Assembly (NCBI GenBank): GCA_012730105.1
Contig: JAAYBJ010000003.1
Span: 13,450-77,449, forward strand
DNA from: Candidatus Hydrogenedentota bacterium
GTDB taxonomy: Bacteria > Hydrogenedentota > Hydrogenedentia > Hydrogenedentales > CAITNO01
DNA length: 64,000 bases
Direction: 5' to 3'
Shown one piece after another: positions 28,672 to 37,258 of this stretch. The notes beneath the pieces were generated by a model, which was not told the origin of the DNA, made no database searches, and saw nothing but the letters and a program-made list of their open reading frames with translations. Every line of letters begins with the position of its first letter. Positions within the stretch are counted from its first letter, which is position 1. The translations under genes and the position numbers were made by a program.

Positions 28672-28977
28672 CTATGTCAGTCTTTCTTGCCATTTATCCG
28701 GATCCTGAGCGCAATGGAATACAGAATAAACAATACAACTATTGCGGTCCTGTTCTGCTTCGAAGAATACGACATAAGGGAAACGACGCAGTATTGCCCG
28801 GCGGCACGTTCCTTGTACTTTTGGATAGATAGTCGGTGTGCGCTGAATCGCGGCCAGTATAACCTCCAGACAACGCAGGAATTCCATGCCAAGGCCGACG
28901 GATTGTGCCTCGTACCAGCGATAGGCCTGCTCTACATCCTTTTTCGCTTCAGGAAGGAGTAATATCGTTGCGTTCAT
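28672..28977 (-). CDS. ParE/RelE-family toxin
   Basis: 101 aa. C-terminal VFHCAQDPDKW, typical of ParE. 4-nt ATGA overlap with the upstream antitoxin gene. Confidence 0.85.
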   Translation of the reverse strand: MNATILLLPEAKKDVEQAYRWYEAQSVGLGMEFLRCLEVILAAIQRTPTIYPKVQGTCRRAILRRFPYVVFFEAEQDRNSCIVYSVFHCAQDPDKWQERLT

Positions 28978-29192
28978 TGTGATTGCAGTATGTCACGCTT
29001 AGCCTGATCCCAAGTCAGCACCGAATCCGGGTTCCGCAAGAAGATTTCTTTGCGTCTCGCCAATTCGTCCTTCTGCCACTGTGGTATCGGGACTTCCGTG
29101 TTACTCCGTGCAATGCTATCCCATAAATCCTCTACGAGTTGCAGCCGTTCGGCTACGGAGAGTTTTTCAAGTTCTTCGAGTACGTTTGCCAT
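28974..29192 (-). CDS. Putative addiction-module antitoxin (TIGR02574-like family) paired with ParE
   Basis: LSVAERLQLVEDLWDSIA matches the 'putative addiction module component' signature. AGGAG SD before the ATG at 29192; the GTG at 29204 is the ORF-track start. Confidence 0.75.
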   Translation of the reverse strand: MANVLEELEKLSVAERLQLVEDLWDSIARSNTEVPIPQWQKDELARRKEIFLRNPDSVLTWDQAKRDILQSQ

Positions 29193-29409
29193 GATATCAT
29201 ACACTCCTGCTTACGCAATGTTGCGCAAAAGCTATATTTAGCGTTTTTTAAATGTACCACAACATCCTGGGTCGGTTCCAAAGACCTATTATTACTTGGT
29301 GCCGAAAGAATATAAGACAATGATAAAATCTTATTCGCCATTGGCCATCTTGTGTAGAAATCCAAACCCACTTCTTAGAGTGCTGTCTGTTTGTAAGGAA
29401 AAACCTACC

Positions 29410-31572
29410 ATGAGGACGATTTGGATAATCCTGATGATCATTCTCCTTGTCATAATGAACGCCAGCGCCGCTGATGTGCCCTGGTATGTGATTTCGCTGG
29501 TGGGGATGGAGGTCGGGCCCACAGGCGCCCAGTTTGGATACAGCGATCCAGCGGATACACGCTATTGTTCCCGCTTCAACGGCACCGAGATAGTGCAGCA
29601 CTGTGTTGAGACCAAGAGTGAGTATCTCGTCATGTGGGTACGCGACGGTAATTACGCCTATTACAATTCAAAGCTGCTGCCGAAGGCTCCGGGGCTTGGA
29701 GATCGTGACCCGCTCCGGGAGACCGTGGAGGAAGCCGCATCCAAAGGCATGCCCGTGATCGCCTATTGCGTGGTGCAGCAGGGCGGCCATTTCCTGAAAG
29801 AACATCCGGAATTCGAGATGCGGGATGTGAACGGCGCGCCCATTGGCCGTTTCTGCTATAACTCCGGGTATCTCGATGCCATGAAAGGAATCGTCGCGGA
29901 ACAGTTGGCCTACGACATAGCGGGTTTTCACATTGATATGCTGGACCAGGGCTTCGGCCCGCCATACGGCTGCTGGTGCGACGTCTGCCGCGCGCAATTT
30001 GAAAGCGAGTACGGCCGCAAGATGCCCGCCGGGATTACCTGGGACGAAGACTGGGATAAGTTCCTTGAATTCCGTTATAAGAGCAGCGAACGTTTCATGC
30101 AAAGCCTGTGCGCATTTATCAAGTCCGTCAAACCGGAAGCAACCGTGGATTTCAATTATCACGGGAATCCGCCCTTCTCCTTTGAAGTGGGGCAACGCCC
30201 GGTTCAGCACGCGGATAATGCCGATTTCGTCACGGGCGAAACCGGCGTCTGGGGATTCAGCGCCCTGACTGTGGGGCTGAATGTCGCTTTCTATCGGGCT
30301 GCAACGCCCGGCAGGCCGGTGCAAGTGGCCATGCAACGGGGTGTACGCATGTATCATGACCAGACCACGCGTCCCCTGGCGGATATGCGCTGGGAATTGT
30401 TATCCCTGCTGACCCACGGCGCTTTTGTCACCATGGTCGACAAGACGGCATTTGACGGCGCCCTCGATACCCAAGCGTATAAACGCATCGGCAAGGCTTT
30501 TGCCGAGGTTCACGCAAAACGTGCCCACTTCGGGCAGTCCCCTCTTGCCGATGTGGGCATATACTTCAGTCATAGAACCCGTGACTGGATCGGCAGGGAG
30601 AAACCCTCCGACTACTTCGCCGCTTTTCAAGGTGCGCACAAGGCTATGGTTTATGAGCATATTCCCTGGGGCGTTATTCTGGATGAAAACGCAGACCTGG
30701 ATACCCTGCGCCGCTTCCCGGTAATCCTGTTGTGCAATGCGGGCATTATCAGTCCGGGAGAAATGGAATTGTTTTCCACTTATGTGCGGGACGGCGGCAA
30801 AATGATCGTAACGGGATTGTCGGGGTGTTATGATCACATGGGTGTTCCAGTGCAAAGCAGCTCACTAGAATCTCTTATCGGAGCTCGTTTCAAAGGTTCC
30901 TTACCTTCCCTCGACAACTGGGTACGCCTGTCCGCGGACATGCCGGAAACGCTGCGCGGGGGAATAGATCCTGATTGGGCTTTCCTCGTGAAAGGCCCTG
31001 CCGCCATTTACGAGCCGACCGGCGCCCAGGCCTATGTTGAACTGCTTAAGCCGTACAGGACCACACGGCAGATGGAAGGCAAGGAAGGCACGGAATGGCC
31101 CATGAGCGCTGACACACCGGTAGGCCCCGCCCTGCTGTTAAACCGGGTCGGGGACGGTGAAGTGCTCGTTTTTGCGGCTTCACCGGATTACGCCACGGCC
31201 AGCGAGCATGCCATTACCGAAGCCAGGCGGCTGCTTGCCGCCGCGATGGACTATCTGCACCCTACGCGCCGCGTGCGCGTCCGGGCGCCCCTGACTGTCC
31301 AGTCCGTTGTTACCGACGATCCCCCGGCACGTCTGCTGCGTGTGCATCTTATATGTTACAACAGCCCGCCACAGACAACGCCTCCTAACAATCGTCCCTA
31401 TATCATTCCCGGCCTGATTGAAGACGTGCCCTCGTATCGGGCTGAGATCGAAGTTGCGGCCGCCATCCAGAAGGCAACGGCATTCAATCCGGAAACCCAA
31501 CTGAGTCTTGAGGGCAACACCATCCACGCCGTTGTAAACGATATTCACGAAGTACTACTGATATCCTATTGA
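29410..31572 (+). CDS. Secreted GH42-like glycoside hydrolase (TIM barrel plus beta-galactosidase trimerisation-like / GATase1-like domain)
   Basis: Signal peptide MRTIWIILMIILLVIMNASAAD. The central VGIYFSHRTRDW...FPVILLCNAGIISPGEMELFSTYVRDGGKMIVTG resembles the GH42 middle domain. Family tentative. Confidence 0.7.
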   Translation: MRTIWIILMIILLVIMNASAADVPWYVISLVGMEVGPTGAQFGYSDPADTRYCSRFNGTEIVQHCVETKSEYLVMWVRDGNYAYYNSKLLPKAPGLGDRDPLRETVEEAASKGMPVIAYCVVQQGGHFLKEHPEFEMRDVNGAPIGRFCYNSGYLDAMKGIVAEQLAYDIAGFHIDMLDQGFGPPYGCWCDVCRAQFESEYGRKMPAGITWDEDWDKFLEFRYKSSERFMQSLCAFIKSVKPEATVDFNYHGNPPFSFEVGQRPVQHADNADFVTGETGVWGFSALTVGLNVAFYRAATPGRPVQVAMQRGVRMYHDQTTRPLADMRWELLSLLTHGAFVTMVDKTAFDGALDTQAYKRIGKAFAEVHAKRAHFGQSPLADVGIYFSHRTRDWIGREKPSDYFAAFQGAHKAMVYEHIPWGVILDENADLDTLRRFPVILLCNAGIISPGEMELFSTYVRDGGKMIVTGLSGCYDHMGVPVQSSSLESLIGARFKGSLPSLDNWVRLSADMPETLRGGIDPDWAFLVKGPAAIYEPTGAQAYVELLKPYRTTRQMEGKEGTEWPMSADTPVGPALLLNRVGDGEVLVFAASPDYATASEHAITEARRLLAAAMDYLHPTRRVRVRAPLTVQSVVTDDPPARLLRVHLICYNSPPQTTPPNNRPYIIPGLIEDVPSYRAEIEVAAAIQKATAFNPETQLSLEGNTIHAVVNDIHEVLLISY

Positions 31573-31663
31573 GCGGTCCGCCTGTCGGGCGCTTCCACAG
31601 GGCGACGGCCCCGCATCAAACAGCCCCATCAACAAAATACTTTCCGCCCTACTGATTCCCAGA

Positions 31664-32320
31664 TTACTTCAGCGCCGCCACGATATCTTCGACGTCCTTC
31701 CAGACCTTCTCGTGTTGGTCGGTCCTGGTCGGTTTTTTGTCGAAGATGTCGGCGAGAAAGGGAGAATCTTCCGAAAACTGGGCGTAACTGAGTGTGCCTA
31801 TCGGATCCTTTGCGCCTGCCGGCGGCGGCGTGTAAAATGCCAGGGAAGCAACCCCGTTTTTGCGCCAGCAGAATACCGCCACCGGCTGTTCCTCCGGAGA
31901 ACCCGGGTAGACCAGGATGCTCTTGCGCTCATACGGGCGGCCGTGACGCTTCATGACCGATGAAAGAAAACTGAGCGCGTGGGCGCGCATGACCGCAGCC
32001 TCGCCCTTCCAGACGGCCACCAGTTCATAGAGGCTGCCTTCTTTAAACCCGAAATTGGCGAAACTGTAATGGCCGAGGAAGGGATCCTGATCGTGTACGA
32101 TCAGCATGGCGCCGGGCGTTTCTTTGGTCACCGGCGTGCCGCGCAGGGCGTCATCGCTGTAGACCGCCTCCGGGTGCGTATCGACAAAGACATCGAAAGC
32201 CATTCCTATGCCTGCGCCGCGCAACACTTTTTCTATTCCTTCGGCCGTTTCTCCGCTCGACGCCGGGATGGCGTATGACACGCACAACGCCAGGGCGCTT
32301 AACAAGGCAAGGATTCGCAT
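31664..32320 (-). CDS. Secreted hypothetical protein
   Basis: Signal peptide MRILALLSALALCVSYA at an internal ATG (32320). No recognisable domain. Confidence 0.55.
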   Translation of the reverse strand: MRILALLSALALCVSYAIPASSGETAEGIEKVLRGAGIGMAFDVFVDTHPEAVYSDDALRGTPVTKETPGAMLIVHDQDPFLGHYSFANFGFKEGSLYELVAVWKGEAAVMRAHALSFLSSVMKRHGRPYERKSILVYPGSPEEQPVAVFCWRKNGVASLAFYTPPPAGAKDPIGTLSYAQFSEDSPFLADIFDKKPTRTDQHEKVWKDVEDIVAALK

Positions 32321-32354
32321 GACAGATGCTCCTGATAAGGGGAAAAGGGCGCGG

Positions 32355-33734
32355 TCAGACAGTGACGGACACCTTTTCCTCCATGATGGTAACGTTACGG
32401 ACACCTTTATCGCCCAGCCCGGAGCGAAGCGCTTCCAGCGACGCCGGTTCCCCATGCACCAGCAAAACCTTCTGATGTTTGCCCGGGAAACGCGCCCCGA
32501 AATCAATCAGTTCGGAGCGGCCGGCGTGGGCGCTGAAGGCGTTCATGATCTTCACTTCGGCTTTCAAGGGGCGTTTCACGCCGAAAATTTTAATTTCCGG
32601 CTGCCGTTCCACGATCCGGCGGCCCAAGGTGTTCTCGGCCATAAAGCCCACAATCAGAATGGTGTTGCGCGGGTCTTCGCAGTTGTTCCGCAAGTGGTGC
32701 AGTATACGGCCCACTTCGCACATGCCCGAAGCGGAGATGATGATACAAGGCTCCTTGAGCGTGTTAAGACGCATGGAATCATCCGCGTTCCGGACATACT
32801 CGATGTGGTTGAGTTCAAAAGGATCGCCGGCCGTACTCATTACCTGTTTGGTTTCCCGGTCGAACAACTCCGTGTGGTAGCGAAATATTTCCGTGATATT
32901 TACCGTCAGCGGGCTGTCGACATAAACCGGGATCGTGGGAATAGCACCATTCATTTCCAGGCGTTTCAGCGCGAATACGATTTCCTGGGCGCGTTCCAGC
33001 GCGAAGCTGGGAATGATGATTTTGCCACCCCTTCGGATGGTCGCCAACACTACCTCGGCCAGCTGCGCTTCCATGGCTTCAATGGGGTCATGGTCGCGGT
33101 CGCCGTAGGTGCTTTCCATAATGACGGTGTCGGCATCCTCGGGCACCCAGGGATCGCGGAGCAGAGGCATGTTTTTCCGGCCGAGATCGCCACTGAAAAG
33201 CAGGCGCCGCTCCACGCCATCTTCCTTGTAGTCCACCACCACCATGGCCGAACCGAGCACATGTCCAGCGTCCTGAAAGGTGACAAACACATCCGGAACC
33301 ACTTCAAAACGATCCCCATAGGGATACCCAACGAAATGCCGCATCGCTTCATAGACATCTTCTTCTTCATACAGCGCCGGAACAAATTCACGGTTTTTCT
33401 TCTGCAGCCATTCCGCGTCCCGCTTCTGGATGTTCGCGCTGTCCTGCAGCATCACACCGCACAGGTCATGGGTGGCCGGCGTCGTGTAAATGCGCCCCCG
33501 GTAGCCACTCTTATGAAGCATGGGAACCGTGCCCGTGTGGTCGATATGGGCATGGCTCAGCACCACCGCGTTCAGTTTTTCCGAGACGAAAGGAAAGGAC
33601 CGGTTCTTTCGGGCGGTTTCTTCGCGTTTGCCCTGGAACATACCGCAATCCAGGAGGATACGGTAGCCGTTGATTTCGAGAAGATGCTTGGAACCGGTGA
33701 CACCGCCCGCGGCGCCGTAAGACGTAATTTTCAT
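32355..33734 (-). CDS. MBL-fold beta-CASP ribonuclease (RNase J / CPSF-like)
   Basis: HxHxDH motif SHAHIDHTG and the downstream beta-CASP motifs. 459 aa. Confidence 0.9.
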   Translation of the reverse strand: MKITSYGAAGGVTGSKHLLEINGYRILLDCGMFQGKREETARKNRSFPFVSEKLNAVVLSHAHIDHTGTVPMLHKSGYRGRIYTTPATHDLCGVMLQDSANIQKRDAEWLQKKNREFVPALYEEEDVYEAMRHFVGYPYGDRFEVVPDVFVTFQDAGHVLGSAMVVVDYKEDGVERRLLFSGDLGRKNMPLLRDPWVPEDADTVIMESTYGDRDHDPIEAMEAQLAEVVLATIRRGGKIIIPSFALERAQEIVFALKRLEMNGAIPTIPVYVDSPLTVNITEIFRYHTELFDRETKQVMSTAGDPFELNHIEYVRNADDSMRLNTLKEPCIIISASGMCEVGRILHHLRNNCEDPRNTILIVGFMAENTLGRRIVERQPEIKIFGVKRPLKAEVKIMNAFSAHAGRSELIDFGARFPGKHQKVLLVHGEPASLEALRSGLGDKGVRNVTIMEEKVSVTV

Positions 33735-33858
33735 CCGTGTATCCTTTTAGTCTGAGTCATGGCATCACCGGCGGCATGGCTACATCTTTCCAGCCGCCCT
33801 TGACACGATTATTCATGCGCTGGTCGCGCTTACGATTTCGGGCCTGGCAGATAACCGC

Positions 33859-35424
33859 CTACGCTTCCTCCACCACCGTATAGCCCAGGGCATCCGCCAA
33901 GGCAAACACCGGTTCTTTCAAATCGCCGTAAAAAGTGACCCGGTGCCATCCCCACTGGTCCCATTGGGTGAACAGCTTTTCGATGTCGCCAATGGGCTCC
34001 GCGCACAATTTTGTGCGGCAAGCGCGGTCGTCGGGATCGTTGGCCACGGCTTTCGCCTGATGAAACAGAATTTCTTTGCGTTCTGGGCTTACCTCAAGTG
34101 AGGTTGTCATATAACCGCTCGGCAACAGGGAACGGACCGCGGCGCCCTGTCTGTCCTCTGAGTGGGTCAGTATGGAGAAGGGGTTTTCTATTCCCGCAGG
34201 GCCAAACGCCCGGTTTGAAGCCACGCAGTGGGCATAAATAATCTGACGTTTCGCGGTGTCCACCACCGGGTCAGAAATATACCCCGGCCGGCCCTGGGTA
34301 AGAGCCGTAAAGGTGGTCATGGTGGCCGTGGAACGCACGTCCGCTTCACAGGCGCCCACAAGACCTTCGTTGTTCAACTCGTGGAAACCGAGACAGGGAT
34401 AGGCGTGAATATGATTGCCGTAGAAACCGCCCAGGCAGTTAATCGTTATCGCGTTGGCGTCGTATTTGGCAAGGAGGGCTTTATTGGCGAGATACATGGC
34501 CGCCGACGTTTCCAGCGTTTCCCGCGTGACATCCGTAATAGAGGATGCCCGTTTTTCCCATCGGTCCGCAACTGCCCGCGCTTCATCCTTGTCGGCGGAT
34601 TCCCACAAGGCATTCAACTCTGAAAAGGCTACCTGGACCATGGGAATACCCATATAGGGGTCAAGCGCCTTGGATTCCTGGTCCCGCACCACCAAAATTT
34701 TGGAGGTTTTCATCCGTTCAATGCATTCGGTGGTCGACAGGGTTTTAAGCGGATCGGGAAGGCAGCCTAGGTCCCCGGGCGGAGGTGTGCAACCCCGGCG
34801 CGCTTGCGCGGTGGCGGCAACAAAGGCTGCAGGGGCGCCGCCATCCAGCACGGTCTTAAAACATTTCACCGCCGCGATCACATCATCCATGCGTGAAGAA
34901 GCGGCAAAACCCACATTGGGAGTTTGCTTACGGAGAAAATCCGCCGTATACACGAGGAAACCGCCGCTGCCACCGAACTGGAAGTCCACGTAAAGCGTGG
35001 GTTTTCCGGTTTCCGCGACAGTCTGGACGACACGATTCCAGCAGTTCAACTGATACACGATGTACCCTAATATGGATTCCGGGGCGTCTTCTTTAATAAT
35101 GGCGGCCGCCTCTTCGGGCCCCGTGGCCATTGACGGCACGAATTCGAATTCAGGACAGCTGTTGGCAAGGACGGTGTTGATCTGTTCCATAACCGGGCCG
35201 AAGGCGAAACCCACATTCGGCCAGTCCGGGCCAGGCTGTGTTTCCGCATGAAGCGAATACAGGATCCGAATGCGGGGTTTGTTTCCCGCGGACGCTGCGA
35301 ATACCGGGCGCGACGCGGTCATCAGCCCCAGAGCCCCAGCGCAGGCAGCACAGCCGGAGGCCAGGAAATTACGCCTTGATACACCGCAACACGCACAGCC
35401 GGTCAGGATAGGTGTGGATTCCAT
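33859..35424 (-). CDS. TAT-secreted hypothetical protein
   Basis: Twin-arginine motif SRRNFLASGCAACAGALG after the internal ATG at 35424. About 520 aa, no recognisable domain. Confidence 0.65.
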   Translation of the reverse strand: MESTPILTGCACCGVSRRNFLASGCAACAGALGLMTASRPVFAASAGNKPRIRILYSLHAETQPGPDWPNVGFAFGPVMEQINTVLANSCPEFEFVPSMATGPEEAAAIIKEDAPESILGYIVYQLNCWNRVVQTVAETGKPTLYVDFQFGGSGGFLVYTADFLRKQTPNVGFAASSRMDDVIAAVKCFKTVLDGGAPAAFVAATAQARRGCTPPPGDLGCLPDPLKTLSTTECIERMKTSKILVVRDQESKALDPYMGIPMVQVAFSELNALWESADKDEARAVADRWEKRASSITDVTRETLETSAAMYLANKALLAKYDANAITINCLGGFYGNHIHAYPCLGFHELNNEGLVGACEADVRSTATMTTFTALTQGRPGYISDPVVDTAKRQIIYAHCVASNRAFGPAGIENPFSILTHSEDRQGAAVRSLLPSGYMTTSLEVSPERKEILFHQAKAVANDPDDRACRTKLCAEPIGDIEKLFTQWDQWGWHRVTFYGDLKEPVFALADALGYTVVEEA

Positions 35425-35710
35425 GCTCAGATTCCTTCTCAAAAAGGGTTTATGGTGCCCAAACAAGGTACAGCCTGAAGACCATACTATACGTTCAATC
35501 CTTTCTTGGCATCAACTTTTTATAAAAACGGCTTTGCGTAAAAACGATCCTTATTATATCAATCTCCCTGTAATTTCACCTGTGTTTCCGGACACGGCAG
35601 GAACATTAAGGATATATCATTTAAATTGTGGTAGAATCAGTTCGTCTCGGTTTCTTAACCGGGACTGATGAAAAATGCCCATGTGTACGTATGGAGCAAT
35701 GGAGTCTTTC

Positions 35711-37087
35711 ATGAAAATCTGTAACCCGACACATTTCCTTGTCACCTTAACTTTTTTATACAGTGCGGCACAGTGCATTGAGCCGACTTCAGCCGGTGCG
35801 GACACCGCCGGTACGGAGTGGCAGGCGGGTGTGGCCCGTGTCGATATCACGCCAGAAGAACCTTTATGGCTTGGGGGGTACGCAGCACGAACGAAGCCGG
35901 CGGAGGGTACCTTGCACCCCCTGTGGGCAAAAGCCCTGTCCCTCAAAGATTCGGCGGGGAACCAGGCCGTGCTGGTGACCACGGACATCCTGGGATATCC
36001 CAGGGACGTGGCGGAACGGATCCGCGCACGGATCGAACAGGAATATGGTCTTCCCCGGGCAAACCTGATCCTCAGCGCTTCGCACACCCACAGCGCCCCC
36101 GTGATTGGCGCGTCACTGAAATGCATCTATGCCTTCGATGCCTCGGGAGAACAAAAATTAACCGACTATACGGAACAATTCGAGGACAAGGTAACAGCCC
36201 TTGTCGGTGAAGCGCTGGCCAAAATGGCGCCGGCATCTCTCGAATCCGGAAACGGCACCGCCCGCTTTGCCGTCAACCGGCGCAGCAACAAGGAAGGCGC
36301 CTTGACCGCGACCAGTCCGCTTCAAGGCCCCAATGACCATGCGGTGCCGGTTTTAAAGGTTATGCGAACGGACGGCGCCGTTGCGGCGATCATCTTCGGC
36401 TATGCCTGCCATGCGACAGTTCTGGACGGGTATCAGTGGAGCGGCGATTATCCCGGGTTTGCCCAGGCCGCCCTGGAAGCGCAATATCCAACCGCCACCG
36501 CCCTGTTTTTCGCGGGCTGCGGCGCCGACCAGAACCCCCTGCCCCGGCGAAGTGTCGCTCTGGCGCGTCAATACGGCGTCACGCTGGCGGCAGCGGTCGC
36601 TTGTGTGCTGGAAGGAACCATGACACCCCTGCCCCCCACACTGATAACAGGATACAAAGAAGTGGACCTGGCGCTGGAATCCGTGCCCGATGAAGCCGCC
36701 CTTCGCCAACGCGCGGAAAGCACTTCCGGCTATGAGCAACGCTGCACGGAAGACCTGCTTGCCCGGGTTACCCGTGAAGGAAGCCTCCCGGCTTCCTACC
36801 CGTATCCCGTACAAACCTGGCAGATGGGCGGGCAGACGCTAGTCGTTCTTGGCGGGGAGGTTGTGGTGGATTATGCCCTTGCCATCAAGGAGCGCCTTGG
36901 ACAGAACGCCTTTATCATGGCGTATGCCAATGATTTAATGGCGTACATTCCTTCGGAACGTGTTCGGGAAGAAGGAGGCTATGAAGGGCAAGGCGCGCAA
37001 ATTATTTACGGGTTACCAAGTCCCTGGGCGGACGGACTGCAGGAGCGCATTCTCAGCGAAATATGGAATCAGGCGGGAATAAAATAG
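35711..37087 (+). CDS. Neutral/alkaline ceramidase N-domain-like secreted hydrolase
   Basis: Signal peptide. LWLGGYAARTKPAEGTLHPLWAKALSL resembles the conserved N-terminal region of non-lysosomal ceramidases. GGAG RBS. An alternative start lies at 35699. Confidence 0.65.
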   Translation: MKICNPTHFLVTLTFLYSAAQCIEPTSAGADTAGTEWQAGVARVDITPEEPLWLGGYAARTKPAEGTLHPLWAKALSLKDSAGNQAVLVTTDILGYPRDVAERIRARIEQEYGLPRANLILSASHTHSAPVIGASLKCIYAFDASGEQKLTDYTEQFEDKVTALVGEALAKMAPASLESGNGTARFAVNRRSNKEGALTATSPLQGPNDHAVPVLKVMRTDGAVAAIIFGYACHATVLDGYQWSGDYPGFAQAALEAQYPTATALFFAGCGADQNPLPRRSVALARQYGVTLAAAVACVLEGTMTPLPPTLITGYKEVDLALESVPDEAALRQRAESTSGYEQRCTEDLLARVTREGSLPASYPYPVQTWQMGGQTLVVLGGEVVVDYALAIKERLGQNAFIMAYANDLMAYIPSERVREEGGYEGQGAQIIYGLPSPWADGLQERILSEIWNQAGIK

Positions 37088-37258
37088 GCGGTGCTCCCGC
37101 TGAAATTTCAAGGTAAACGCGGTCATGAATGTTCGTTTACTCAGGTTACGGGCACAAGATTCCTCACAGAAGGTATTTAAGCACGGCCTATAATATGATA
37201 GGATAAGAGTTAAAGATGTGGCATTTTTAACCGTTTCCCGTTACGAAAGCATTTTTGG

